DNA of 64,000 nt, from NCBI GenBank assembly GCA_002269645.1, contig NIVC01000093.1, positions 62,001-126,000 on the forward strand, in the 5' to 3' direction. The stretch comes from Macrostomum lignano (taxonomy: Eukaryota). The notes beneath the pieces are model-generated. The model saw only the letters and a list, made by a program, of their open reading frames with translations. It did no database searches and was not told the DNA's origin. Positions 13,742 through 26,763 of this stretch are shown here, in pieces (within the stretch, counting starts at the first letter, position 1; each line of letters starts with the position of its first letter). Made by a program: the position numbers and the translations under genes.

Positions 13742-13789
13742 ACTGCCAGAAGTTCTCAATAGGGCTCTGACTTCCAGCTCATATGCCAT

Positions 13790-14330
13790 CTGTCCTTTCT
13801 CATCTTATCTTATCTCATCTATTCTCACCAGTACTTTTTTCTCATCTCAACTCATCTTGTCTAATCTCACTTCTCCAAACTCATCTAATCTAATCTCACC
13901 TGTTCTTTCTCATCTCATCTTATCTAATCTCACCTGTCCTTTCTCATCTCATCTTATCTTATCTTATCTCACCTGTCCTTTCTCATCTCATCTTATCTTA
14001 TCTTATCTCACCTGTCCTTTCTCATCTCATCTTATCTAATCTCACCTGTCCTTTCTCATCTCATCTTATCTTATCTAATCTCACCTGTCCTTTCTCATCT
14101 CATCTCGTCTTATCTAATCTCACCTGTCCTTTCTCATCTCATCTTATCTTATCTAATCTCACCTGTCCTTTCTCATCTCATCTCATCTTATCTAATCTCA
14201 CCTGTCCTTTCTCATCTTATTTCGTCTTATCTAATCTCACCTGTCTTTTCTCACCTTATCTCATCTTTTTAAATTCTACCTGTCGTTTCTCATCTCATCC
14301 TATCTTATTAAATGTCACCTGTCCTTTTTA
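13790..14330. repeat. Pyrimidine-rich minisatellite built from CTCAT/CTTAT pentamers plus CTAATCTCACCTGTCCTTT
   Basis: Directly visible. Confidence 0.85.
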
Positions 14331-14959
14331 ATCTCCGCTGCTTTTAAAGGTATGCCATTTTCATCTTAATTTGTCTGTCTAATCTCAACTCATTCTGTAT
14401 AAGATAAGTATTTAATTAATACACTTTCTTTAGTAATAATATGCACACAAAATTATGAACTTTATAATCTTAATTATAAAGACTCAATTCAGTTGTAATT
14501 ATTTATCTGCTCAACGCCTAGAGCAGTACAGAGCATATGCAAGCGCAGTCATGCTCGTACATTCGAGAATAAGAAGAAAAGACGAAAGCACGTCTGCATG
14601 GGACAATGGGCCGAGCCTGCGCGCCACAGAGTTTGCACGTTAGCGAAGCTTTGGTGTGGATGGAACAGAGAAAGAGAGAGGATTCAGTGGAAAGCGTACC
14701 GTAGCCAGTTAAACACTAGGAAAGAGTTTAACTGGAATGGCGTGACAAAAATTAGCCTTAATGCGCGTGTACAATGCGCGGAACACTTTCGAATGTACAG
14801 TGAACGATTGAGCCTTCTTCTATGCCAACTTTGGCATATATACTGCTAGCTACAAGTATCGTTTAAAAGCAACTCGGCTATTTCTGCAGTAACCTTTCTG
14901 CGACACTCAAAGAGTATTGCTTTGTTGCCAAGGCACTAGTCTAAACCTAGGATATTGAT

Positions 14960-17900
14960 ATGACTGCTAGCGTTGGGCGGTTCACTGGTTTGACATCGCT
15001 GTGTCTTTTTGTATCTGGTCTGGTTTGCCTCTGCAGCATCAATGGTGGTAAGTTTTCGGCCGGCCCTTCCACTGCACATACCTAAAATCATTGTCTGCAG
15101 ATCCTCCCAGCCTCCCAGATCCTCAGTTGCTGGGCCAGCCTCCCAGATCCTCACTGCAGTTGTTGGGCCAGCCTCCCAGATCCTCAGTTGCTGGGCCAGC
15201 CTCCCAGATCCTCACTGCAGTTGTTGGGCCAGCCTCCCAGATCCTCAGTTCTGAGCCAATCTCCCAGATCCTCAGTTCTGAGCCAATCTCCCAGATCCTC
15301 AGTTGCTGGGCCAGCCTCCCAGATCCTCACTGCAGTTGTTGGGCCAGCCTCCCAGATCCTCAATTACTGAGCCAGCCTCCCAGATCCTCAGTTCTGAGCC
15401 AATCTCCCAGATCCTCAGTTCTGAGCCAATCTCCCAGATCCTCAGTTCTGAGCCAATCTCCCAGATCCTCAGAAAAGACAATTCCAACCGAAAAAACTCG
15501 CAATTCTCAGCCCAGGCATACGAGATCTGCACCATAAAGCCATTCACGAACTCGCCCAAGACCACTTTGTACGTGCGCTGTCGCGACTACTGCTGCCGGG
15601 GTGATAACTCTAGTAGTAGCTCTTCGAATTACTGCTGCAGCGACTGCAGCCTCAGCGTTCGCAACAGCGGCAGTTGTGCACCTGAGCAGCTTTGGCGATA
15701 GTGAGTGCTTTCCAAACAGGTTTTATTGGCTCATATTGTGAGTGAGTGAATGAGTGACTTACGTGTAGGGAGCGAGTGAATGTTTTATTGAGTAAGTGTA
15801 TGAATGAGTTAGTGAGTGACTGTGTGTGAATGAATTAATGAGTGAGGGAGAGATTGTGAGTGAATGAGTGAGTTACGAGTAGCGAGAGAGTGAATGTTTG
15901 ATTGAGTAATTGAGTGAGTGAGTGACTGTTTGAATGAGTTAGTGAGTGAATGAATGAGTGAGTGAATGAGTTAGTTAGCGAGTGAATGAGTAAGTGAGTG
16001 AATGAGTTAGTGAGTGAATGAATGAGTGAGTGAATGAGTTAGTTAGCGAGTGAATGAGTTAGTGAGTGAATGAGTTAGTGAGTGAATGAATGAGTCATTG
16101 AATGAGTTAGTTAGCGAGTGAATGAGTGAGTGAGTGAATGAGTTAGTGAGTGTATGAATGAGTGAGTGAATGAGTGAGTTAGTGAGTGAATGAGTGAGTG
16201 AGTGAATGAATGAGTGAGTGAATGAGTGAGTTAGCGAGTGAATGAGTGAGTGAGTGAGTGAGTGAAGTGAGTGAATGAGCGACCGAGTGAGTGAATGAAT
16301 GAGTGAGTTAGCGAGTGAATGAGTGAGTGAAATGAGTTAGTGAGTGAATGAATGAGTGAGTGAATGAATGAGTGAGTGAATGAGTGAGTTAGCGAGTGAA
16401 TGAGTGAGTGAATGAGTTAGTGAGTGAATGAATGAGTGAGTTAGCGAGTGAATGAGTGAGTGAGTGAATGAGTGAGTGAGTGAATAAGTGAATGAGTGAA
16501 TGAGTGAGTGAAATGAGTTAGTGAGTGAAATGAGTTAGTGAGTGAATGAATGAGTGAGTGAATGAGTGAGTGAGTGAATGAGTGAGTTAGCGAGTGAATG
16601 AGTGAGTGAGTGAGTGAAGTGAGTGAAGTGAGTGAATGAGCGACCGAGGGAGTGAATGAGTGAGTGAGTGAGTGAGTTAGTGAGTGAATGAATGAGTGAG
16701 TTAGCGAGTGAATGAGTGAGTGAAATGAGTTAGTGAGTGAAATGAGTTAGTGAGTGAATGAATGAGTGAGTGAATGAGTGAGTGAAATGAGTTAGTGAGT
16801 GAAATGAGTTAGTGAGTGAATGAATGAGTGAGTGAATGAGTGAGTGAGTGAATGAGTGAGTTAGCGAGTGAATGAGTGAGTGAGTGAGTGAAGTGAGTGA
16901 ATGAGCGACCGAGTGAGTGAATGAGTGAGTGAGTGAGTTAGTGAGTGAATGAATGAGTGAGTTAGCGAGTGAATGAGTGAGTGAAATGAGTTAGTGAGTG
17001 AAATGAGTTAGTGAGTGAATGAATGAGTGAGTGAATGAGTGAGTGAAATGAGTTAGTGAGTGAAATGAGTTAGTGAGTGAATGAATGAGTGAGTGAATGA
17101 CTGAGTTAGCGAGTGAATGAGTGAGTGAGTGAGTGAGTGAGTGAGTGATTGAGTTCCTCAGGAGTTATAACCACAGTCAAGATATAACATTTTAAATCTC
17201 TAACCATAATCGTGTCGATGGTCACTGTAAAAATTTGCTCTCTTAGCTCGCAGAGAAACCTTTTTGTAGAGGCACCGCATGAACCTGATGAACTTTGGTC
17301 ACAACACCCTCTATGTATTCGAAAATTTGAGATAATTTCCAAGAAGTATAGAGTTGGAAAAATATGTTTTATTGATTGGTTAAACAAAAACTCTTTACCG
17401 TCTCGGACTGGCGTTGGCCTGTAAAGAACTGCATTTCAAAAAGATACATTGCACAAGTATATTTACTTAGAAAATATCGTTAGGTATAAAATGCTACCTT
17501 ATAAGCGAACCCCCTGTGCTCTTGTTGTAAATTATTTATGCTAATAGAATCGATTAAAGAATTAAATAATCTTTAATAATACTGTTTGAATGAATAGTTT
17601 TCAATACGCTAGTAAGCTGTGTTATAATTTTAGTGTGCTCTATATCGGCTTCGGTATCTGCGGCGCTGTGGTGCTCTGCTACCTGCTCACCTACCTGGTC
17701 AAGAATTGCAAGGGCTCACTGAAGCGTAACTGCAACTGTTGCTGGCAGAGGAGCAGCCGAGTTCGCGACCCGACCGTGGGTGAGTGACCCAAGTTCTCAG
17801 CATCACTGGTCCACTCAGTCAGTCACTTAATCACTGTCATAATCACTCATGAGCTCACTCATAAAATCACTCATGAACTCACTCATAAACTCATTCATGA

Positions 17901-20900
17901 ACTCTTGACTTACTTGACTTAGCTGCAGGGCTGTCCCGGAGGGGACACAGCGGGAAGGCGCGGGCGCCCATTCCGCTAGTCCCTGAACGGCCGACGCGTC
18001 GCTATGGACGGAGGGTTGGCGCCGCCCAGGGAGGTCCCCCAGTGTCGCCAGCAGCTATGGTGCTCTCTGGAAAGGAGAGTTCAGCCCTGCGGGTGGCCCG
18101 AAGGTAGCGCATGAGCTGATTAAAGTTTTCGGGTTTGCACGCTTCAGTAATAGATGTGTGTGGCCCGAGGTAAGTGAGTCTGGCCCGCGTGAAGGCGGGA
18201 CAGATGCTGACGAAATGCTCAGCGGTTTCGTCACCTGAGTTGCAGAAACTACAGGTGGCGTTGGTGGCGTTGCCCTGCAGGTACTGGTGCCTGGAGAAGC
18301 AGCCGTGACCAGAGAGGGTCATGGTGGCAGCCCGGATGTCTCTGCGCGAGAGGCGCAAGAGGAGCTTCCGGAGCTGGTGAGAGGGCTGAGGGACAGCGCC
18401 TCTGGATTGCCTGCAGTTCGTGCGGTTCGCCCAAGTCGAGCGGTGCTGAGTCCTGATCCACGCTTTGATGCGCGAGTCGATGACACAGCCAGGAATCGGG
18501 ACAAGAGGTTCGGGGCCGAGAGAGGAGCCGGAGGCACCAACTTTTGCAAGGGTGTCAGCCAACTCATTTCCTCGGATCCCCACATGCCCCGGAACCCACT
18601 TAAGGGTAATTTTGTTGGCGGAACCCAACACATTGAGGAGTTTGATACAGTCAAGGACTGTAGCAGAGTTGGTGCTGCAGCCACTGATGGCGTGCAAGGC
18701 AGCTTGGCTGTCCGAATGGAAAATGATGTTCTTACCAGTAACGCCAGTGGCGAGAAGCTCTGCAGTGCAGGAGCTGATGGCCAGAACTTCATTTTGGAAA
18801 ACACTGGAGTTGACCCCAGTGTATTGAGCGTGGGTAGCGATGACCCTCCCGTTCAGAAAGATTCCAACACCAAAGCCGGTGTTGGCTGACTGCTTAGAAC
18901 CGTCGGTGTAGCAATGAAGCTCACCAGGGTTCCAATGGTCATTGATGTTATCGCGCGAGTCGATAGCTACGGAGTAGCGCTGTCTCAGGTTGAGCGTTGA
19001 GGCAATGCCATCGGTGAAGACGCGATTGGCCTGACACTCGTTGAGAAAGTTGAGACACAGATCGCTATGCGGGACAAGGTTCCGCTTAGCAGGTGCTCTC
19101 ATGTAAATGAATTTGACGCCGGCATCAATTAGACGCCGCGTCGTTCTAGCCGCCTCACCCCTGATGAAGAGGTCAAGAGGCGGAAGATTAAGAAAGGCCC
19201 CCATGCCAGCAAAGGGCGTGGACCTGGTGGCGTTGCAGATGAGCCTACACGCTCTGCCTTGGATCGTGTTGAGCAGGTCTGCATGGCTTTTGACCTGGGT
19301 AGCGCTAACCCAGACAACAGAGGCGTACGTAATGGCAGGTCTAACTACGGAAGTATAGATCCACCAAAGCCGCTTTGGGGATAGACCCCAAGAAGTGCCA
19401 AGTGCTCGTCGGAGCTGGGCCAGGATGGCTGAGGCACGCTTAGCTTTTGCTTTCACGTGGAAGGACCAGTTGAGCCGGTGGTCAAGTGTGACCCCGAGAC
19501 ATCTGGTCTGGTGCGCGAAGGCAATATCTCTGCCGTAGAGCTGCAGAGGACGTATGTTCCAGCGTAGTCTGCTGGTAAACATAATGGCAACGGTTTTGGG
19601 CTCAGAGAGTTCCAAACCATTGTCATTGGCCCAGGATTCTGCTTTGCGGATAAAGCTCTGCATCAGATCCCTGAGCGTGCTGGGAGACGGTCCTGCCACA
19701 ATGGCCGTGACGTCATCAGCATACCCGACTTTGAAGACGGGGTCAGGTCGGGAGTCACTCAGAAGAGTGTCCATGACCAGGTTCCAGAGCGTCGGGGTGA
19801 GGACTCCGCCTTGGGGTCCACCCTTACAGACTCTGGTGGAGGCAGTTTGCTCAAGAAGTTGGGCAGTGACCGTACGGTTGGAGATCATGTACATGATCCA
19901 CCGTATGAGGGTAGCATGAGCTTTGCGATTTTAAAGGGCCCTCTGAAACGCTTCAAAGATAACGTTGTCGAAGGCGCCAACAATGTCAAGAAAGAGAGCC
20001 AGAGCGTAACCGTCACCCAGTACCGCCCTTTCAATCTTCTCGACAATCGCATGCAGGGCGCTGTCAGTCGACCTCCCGGTGCGGAAGGCGTGCTGATTAT
20101 TGCTGAGGGGCATCGCTGTCAGCTCGCAGGACAGCAGCCGCCAGAGAATAAGCCTCTCAGTGAGCTTAAGCATTGCTGACGTTAAGCTAATAGGCCGGAA
20201 GGCCTTGACGCTTTGGTAGTCACCCTTCCCAGGTTTGGGAATAAAGACTACCCGAGCTTCAGTCCAGCATTTGGGAACGTATCCCAGCTGGATAGAGGCC
20301 CGCATGAGATTGCGGGTGAGTCTCAGGAACGAGGGTATCTTGGCTGCTTCACGAAGGAGAACAGGGTAGATACCATCAGGTCCAGGAGATTTGAAGGGTT
20401 TGAAGGTTCTGACCGCACGAGCGATTAGGTCTTCAGTGACAATGCCCGCCGCTAGGGTGGCTCCATCCATCGAATGGTTGGGCTCCGGTCTAGTAGTAGG
20501 TACCCTCGGGAAGAATGTGCTAAGCATATGCTGAAGCACTTCTTCAGGGTCTTTAGTAAGAGAGCCATCATCTTTTTTGATCATGGCTAATTTGGACATT
20601 TTGTCCATTGTAAGGGCCTTGACAAGCCTAGAAGTAGGTCTGTCTTGATCCAATTCATTGCAGAATTGGCGCCACTTACATTCCTTGGCCTTGCGCACTT
20701 CAGATTTGAAATTGCGGGAGGCTTGCCGGAAAAGCTCCATGTCCTCCGGGTTTCCGGTCTTCATGGCACGGCGATGAAGGCTTTTGGCCTTCCGCCTGAG
20801 TTTCCCCAGCTCCGGGTTCCACCACGGCGCCGAGGTCTTGCCTTTGTAGGCGCGAGCAGGACAAGCCGCTTCGTAGGCTTCAATAATGCAACCTGTCAGC

Positions 20901-23900
20901 GTCTCAGCCATATGATCCACATCCTCGCAGGTCTCAATCGGACGTAAGTCCTGAGTTCCTGCAGGTGCAGATCAAGGGCAGCCTTGTAGGCCGCCCAATC
21001 AGTGTTGCGGATATTGCGTCTCCAAGTGATCGAGACTGGGTTTTAGTGTCCGCGATGTTAAAGGCGATAAAGCAGTGGTCAGACAGGGAGGGCTCCTCAG
21101 ACCAGACTCTCCACTCCTCAACTCTGTCAAAGAGTCTTGGGGTAACGAGTGTGGCGTCGAGGACCTCGGTCCATCTGCCATTATTAAAGGTAGGAGTGCT
21201 GCCGCGGTTGCAGAGCATGAGGTTTGTGTTAGAGATGAGGGCCAGAAGCTCCTCTCCTCTAGTGTTGGTATCTTTGCTGCCCCAGTGCTTGTGGTGCGCG
21301 TTGAGGTCGCCCCCTAAGCACAGCTCAGCGTTCTGGGACTCGCAGTACTGCGCGAGGCGCAGTAAACTCTCAGGAGCAGGGTCTCTGTCGCCTGGGATAT
21401 AAACCGAGGCAACAAGACACGTACGCGGAGAGAAATGATTAGATTGGATGACACAAAGGTCTCCATCAGAGAGATCAGTCCTCAGCCAAGCTGGAGATGG
21501 CTAGCAGCGAGGATAGCCGCTCTAGGGCGGCTGTTCCCCGGGCCACACACATAAAAATCAGAGTAGCCAGAGGGAATGTTGGGCAACTTACCGTTGCGCA
21601 TCCAGGGTTCCTGGATCAGGATGAGGCCTGGCCTGTACAGCTCAGCAATCTTCATCAGATTTACTGACGCAGATACGCAATGCTGTAAATTAATTTGCAG
21701 ACAGAATGTCGCTCCTTTGGCAGCGTGGAGCTTAGTCATACTGTATTAAATGCAATTTCTGGCTAGAGCCCAGGGCCATCAAGGAGACTTGGACAATAGA
21801 TCGTCCTCGTCCCAGGCCGCTGGGGCTTGACTGGGAGATGGGAGTTGGTCGACGTCCATGGCCTCCTCACCCCCACCGGCCCCCCCAGCAGAGTCCTCAG
21901 GCTCCGATGACAGGATGGAGGAAGCTTCCTCACCTGCATCTTTACCTTCAGACCCCACCAAGGTGGCCGAGGAGAGCTCGGATTCCGAAGACCCGGCCTC
22001 GTCCTCAACTCCTTCTCCGACTGGCAGGTTTGGTTCCCGGGGCTTGGCCGGAGCCGTTACCGCGGTCGCCGAACTGCTGCTAGCAGAGGGGCGAGATGCA
22101 GCTTTGGCTTTGGGATCGGCTTGCGCCTTTCTTGGGCCTTAGACTGCGCCCCGCTCTTGCCGGAGATGCCGGGGTTGGCAGTAGCCTTCCCTTTGGCAGA
22201 CTTTCCTCGGCGCATCTTGAGCTTGAGGGCACCCAGCTGGAAAGAGGATCCATTAGGGTACCGACTCGCCCAAGTGCTGGAAAGGCCGAGGACAATTGAG
22301 TTGCCCGTCTCCCCCCTGCGGACTTTACGGTGATACACCAGTCCACTAGCAGGGAGGTCGGGGTTCAGACGCAGTAGGACCCGGCGAATAACGTCTGGTC
22401 CAGCTGCGGTGCTCTTAGCAGGGACGAAAACCACATAGGGTATCGTCTTTGGACGCTGGCCCTCGCGAAGAAAAAGAGCTCCGCCAAGGTCAGCATCCAA
22501 GGAGACCGTCGGTAGCCGCTGGAGCAGCCGCCGAGCGTCCTCCTCGCTGCTAGGAGCAATAAGAACGAATTTGCTTCGCAGCACCATCTGCTCAATGCCG
22601 ATGGAGATTCCCTCCTCGACAGTCAGCTCAATCAGATAGGAGTCAACAGCACTCCACACTTTTTGAAGCTGATCAGTGGTCCAGTCCTGGTCGCGACCTT
22701 GGATGATCACTCCCGGGATTTTGGCCTTGGCCTTCGCCGCAAAGGTAGCTCCCGAAGGAACCTCCTTGTTGGCAGTGGCCATTTGTTGCGCCGTGGTTTC
22801 GGCCTCAGCAGCCGCGGCAGCAGCTCCAGGGAGCGCCGCCGCTGAACTACTGGAGCTTCCACCGGCCGGCCCGCCTGGTTGCCTTGGGACTCCAGTCGCT
22901 TCAGCATCCATGGTGGACGCCGCCGCTTTGGCCCCCGCAGCTCCCTTCTTGGCCTGCCTTTTGGCGCGTTGTTTAGCGCGTTTGCGCTCAAGCCGAGCCC
23001 GCTGAGCTTCATCGGATCTGCCAGATTTGGCCGGTCCTTTAGGCTCAGAGCTCGCGGTTCCCTTAGATCCACCAGCGGAGCTGGCAGGTCTTTGGGTATT
23101 TTGAGTTTGGTAGCTCTGGTCGGATCTGCCAGCAGAGCCAGCCGGTCCTTCCTTTGCCACAGTTGAATCAGTCGGTTGGGATCTGCCAGCAGGGCCGGCC
23201 GGTCCTTCGGACTGAGGTTGGGGTTTAGAAGGGTCCCCGTCCCTAGAGTTAGCTTGATTATCCATAGACGGCTCGAAGGCCATGATAAAAGGTTGGTGGG
23301 CTACCCTCAAAGGGGCGCGGTACCCACCCGGCCGCTCCACCTGACCGGGCAGTAGGCCAATAGCACCCTCAAGGCTGGCCCGACACCAGGAGGGGGACCG
23401 CTTGCGACCGGACTACTCCCCGGCCTTCCAGCCCATCGGCACGGTCAACACCTTAGGCATTAGAGAGTACGTTGAGCAGTACCACGGCCTGCAGGTTGGC
23501 GAGCCAGACCCGCATACCCAAATTCGGCCGAAGCCACTGGATAGGGTCGCCAGCGCCGGAGCCCAGTCTGTCCAGCAGCCCTAGGGACTGCCTTGAACAC
23601 ACGCGGGGACGAGTACCCTGGGTCGACTTGCGAGACAGCGTGGGGGGGTCTGCGGCTGCCAGAGGCAAATAGAGGGTGCAGACCTCCCACCAGCCTTGAC
23701 CTGCTGAAGATAGGGGCAGGCGTGAAGCATCGCAGACCTTAGCCCATGGGCCTAGTCTGTCTCATACTTCACTGGCATGCTGAATACGCCTTCGCATGCC
23801 ATTCATGAACTCATTCATAAACTCAGTCATGAACTCACTCATAAACGTATTCATGAACTCAATTTTGAACTTATTCATGAACTCACTCATGAACTCCCTC

Positions 23901-24685
23901 ACGAACTCAATCATTAATTAACCCATGAACTCAATTATGAACTTATTCATGAACTCACTCATAAACTCACTCATAAACCCAGTCATGAACTCACTCATAA
24001 ACTTATTCATGAACTCAATTATAAACTTATTCATGAACTCAATTATTAGTTCACCCATGAACTAAATTATGAACTCACTCATGAACTCACTCATGGACTC
24101 ACTCATGAACTCACTCATGGACTCACTCATGAACTCAATCATTAATTCACCCATGAACTCAATTATGAACTTATTCATGAAATCACTCATAAACTCACTC
24201 ATGAACTCAGTCATTAATTCACCCATGAACTCACCCATGAAGGCACTCATTCACTCACCCATAAACTCATAAACCCAGCCATGACCAGCTCATCTGCCTG
24301 GATCGGCAACGCTCGTCCCAGGGCGCTTCGACGCGTCCGCCGCATCAGCGCCGGCGTCGCTAACCGAGGTATCGACACCGACGTCGAATTAGGCGGTGGC
24401 GAGACCGACAGTTGCTATGGTAACGAGGAGCCTTGGCTATCGGCCTGGGGTCCGCAGCCGTCGCTGCACGCTCCGCCGCCTCCGGCCTACACGCGGGAAT
24501 CCCAGAGTCAGCAGCCGGACAGCAGCGACGTTCGAGAGGACCGGCCGCCGCCCACTTATTCGGCAGTCACTGCGGCGAATGGCGACGAAGTCGAAGAAGC
24601 TGTCGGCTCAACAGCCGAGCCACCGCCGGCATATTCAGCCTGCGCTGAGCCGGCAGCAACAGCTGGCAGTGAAAACAGCAGTTGA
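14960..24685 (+). CDS. Complete 4-exon gene (14960-15047, 15511-15700, 17634-17779, 24279-24685; 276 aa): Shisa/WBP1/VOPP1-like single-pass membrane protein with three PPxY motifs
   Basis: Exon 1 is a signal peptide (MTASVGRFTGLTSLCLFVSGLVCLCSING). Exon 2 is a Cys-rich ectodomain (C...CRDYCC...YCCSDC). Exon 3 is the TM segment plus juxtamembrane Cys. Exon 4 carries PPAY, PPTY and PPAY. Phases 1, 2, 1 all match and the total is 831 nt. Family call rests on domain architecture only. Confidence 0.8.
15103..15472. repeat. Intronic minisatellite with 27-bp and 33-bp units (core CTCCCAGATCCTCA)
   Basis: Directly visible; ends about 40 nt before the exon 2 acceptor. Confidence 0.9.
15740..17150. 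repeat. (GAGT/GAAT)n complex satellite
   Basis: Directly visible; fills intron 2 of the Shisa-like gene. Confidence 0.95.
18002..21739 (-). pseudogene. LINE ORF2 (endonuclease-RT-RNase H), disrupted
   Basis: Segments 21739-21482, about 21490-20934, 20920-19931 and 19930-18002. Frameshifts near 21495 and 21000-20960; in-frame TAA at 19933-19931. Confidence 0.85.
21779..23340 (-). CDS. LINE ORF1 (low-complexity N-terminus, conserved central domain, acidic tail); probable frameshift near 22125
   Basis: ORF 22057-23340. A second frame continues as a natural-looking acidic tail (GEGVEDEAGSSESEL...WDEDDLLSKSP*) ending at 21779, just before the ORF2 ATG. Confidence 0.7.
23800..24270. repeat. CATGAACT/CATAAACT minisatellite, continuous with 17810-17904 before the LINE inserted
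   Basis: Same units on both sides of the LINE. Confidence 0.85.
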
Positions 24686-24789
24686 AGCTCATTGAACTGA
24701 CCACAGTTTGAATAGGAGAATTCTGATGAAGTGCTCTGATTTCTGCTGCTGGATGCTGATCGCGGCAACTCTGCACTGGATTTTTATGC

Positions 24790-25500
24790 ATCCCATCTAC
24801 TCTACTGCCTTCCATCTACTCTCTACTGTCTTCCATCTACTCTCTACTGTCTTCCATCTACTCTCTACTGTCTCCCATCTACTCTCTACTGTCTCCCATC
24901 TACTCTCTACTGTCTCCCATCTACTCTCTACTGTCTCCCATCCCATCTACTCTACTGCCTTCCATCTACTCTCTACTGTCTCCCATCTACTCTCTACTGC
25001 CTTCCATCTACTCTCTACTGTCTCCCATCTACTCTAATGCCTTCCATCTACTCTCTACTGTCTTCCATCTACTCTCTACTGTCTTCCATCTACTCTCTAC
25101 TGCCTTCCATCTACTCTCTACTGTCTCCCATCTACTCTCTACTGCCTTCCATCTACTCTCTACTGTCTCCCATCTACTCTCTACTGTCTCCCATCTACTC
25201 TCTACTGCCTTCCATCTACTCTCTACTGTCTCCCATCTATTCTCTACTGTCTCCCATCTACTCTCTACTGTCTTCCATCTACTCTCTACTGTCTTCCATC
25301 TACTCTCTAATGTCTCCCATCTACTCTCTACTGTCTTCCATCTACTCTCTACTGTCTCCCATCTATTCTCTACTGTCTCCCATCTACTCTCTACTGTCTT
25401 CCATCTACTCTCTACTGTCTTCCATCTACTCTCTAATGTCTCCCATCTACTAATCTACTCTCTACTCTCTCGCATCTACTGTCTACTCCCCCATCTACTG
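24790..25500. repeat. 21-bp minisatellite CCATCTACTCTCTACTGTCTC
   Basis: Directly visible. Confidence 0.95.
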
Positions 25501-26109
25501 TCTACTCTCCTATCTACTCTCTGAACTCCTCTTTTTCTCTCTCTTTTTCTCTCTCGTCAATCATCATCAGGGTCCATTGTATTAATTCTGTAATCTTGGT
25601 TCTGTAATTACTATGCAATTGAAATTATAGATATTTTTGTTGCACAATGTCTAACTGATGTTGGCTGGTTGCTGACATCAGCTGTTCTCTGAAGGAGCTA
25701 TTAGAGACTACTATGGTAGTAGTACCACAGGAGTCGCGCAAAATTAAAAACAAATTTAGTTGATTTTTACAGCATAAAAATATTTATTTTGTTATCCAAG
25801 TTTTACTAACAAACAATAAAGTCTATTTTATTTAATGTAATATTTTTTTGTTAATATGAGATAATATTTCAAAATTGGAATGGCTAATTCAATAAAATTA
25901 TCATAATTAGTTTTTGTTGATACATTTATCTTTACAATATTCTGCCAAACTACAATTGACAAAAATACAAGGATATAAAATTAGAGTATATTGTTGCTAA
26001 GTATTTACGCAAATAACCTACTTTGCATTTTATATTGTTGAATTTTATTTAGTTCGAACTTCGTAAAACTGAAAAAAAAATCTATTTAAATTTGCTGTTT
26101 AAACACAGG

Positions 26110-26552
26110 CCATAGACAATAAAAATAAAGCCGATCAAAGCCACTGCCACAGAACTGCACTCGGCCATAGACAATAAAGCCAATCAAAGCCACACTGCCA
26201 CAGAACTGCACTCGGCCATAGACAATAAAGCTAATCAAAGCCACTGCCACAGAACTGCACTCGGCCATAGACAATAAAGCCAATCAAAGCCACTGCCACA
26301 GAACTGTACTCGGCCATAGACAATAAAGCTAATCAAAGCCACTGCAACAGAACTGCACTCGGCCATAGACAATAAAGCCAATCAAAGCCACTGCCACAGA
26401 ACTGCACTCGGCCATAGACAATAAAGCTAATCAAAGCCACTGCAACAGAACTGCACTCGGCCATAGACAATAAAGCCAATCAAAGCCACTGCCACAGAAC
26501 TGCACGCGGCCATCGACAATAAAGCCAATCAAAGCCACACTGCCACAGAACT
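26110..26552. repeat. 49-51-bp tandem repeat, about 9 copies
   Basis: Unit CCATAGACAATAAAGCCAATCAAAGCCACTGCCACAGAACTGCACTCGG. Confidence 0.9.
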
Positions 26553-26763
26553 CCTGGGGAAAGGAAAGAGAAGAGGAGATCGCACAAACCTTGAGCTGAC
26601 TGGATTACTATTGTGAAGGTTCAATTAACCCCGAGTGCCGGATAGAGAGGCTTGGCCGAAACCCCTGAAGTAGAGAATTCTTTTTTTTAAGAACGTAACT
26701 GAACTGACAAAAGCAATATACTTGGTTTTCCAAGGCGCAAACCCTAGCTGTACATGTAAGTCA

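Larger units (their letters stand above)
17905..23799 (-). mobile_element. Full-length non-LTR retrotransposon (I-group, LOA/R1-like) with ORF1 and APE-RT-RNase H ORF2; carries frameshifts and a nonsense codon
   Basis: APE motifs QINLQH, IQEPW, GDLNAH and SDH; RT motifs PKPGK..YRPISL-like, QHAF, LDIVGAFD and YADD; RNase H motifs YTDGS, SDSQAA and WVPGH..GNELAD; C-terminal C-x2-C..H..C. Short AAGTC/AAGT 3' tail. CATTCATGAACTC flanks both ends (17892-17904, 23800-23812). Confidence 0.9.

Noticed and set aside
18249-23700. Numerous antisense and overlapping ORFs within the LINE (and similarly within the Gypsy and lectin genes)
   Set aside because: Expected shadows of GC-rich coding sequence; no motifs of their own.
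23690-23800. Canonical HDV-like ribozyme call
   Set aside because: No room for P3/L3 and no clear catalytic C junction; kept only as a lower-certainty structural finding.
12161-26552. 47-bp, 31-bp and 49-bp arrays as CRISPR-like loci
   Set aside because: Units are head-to-tail with no unique spacers, there are no cas genes, and the context is eukaryotic.
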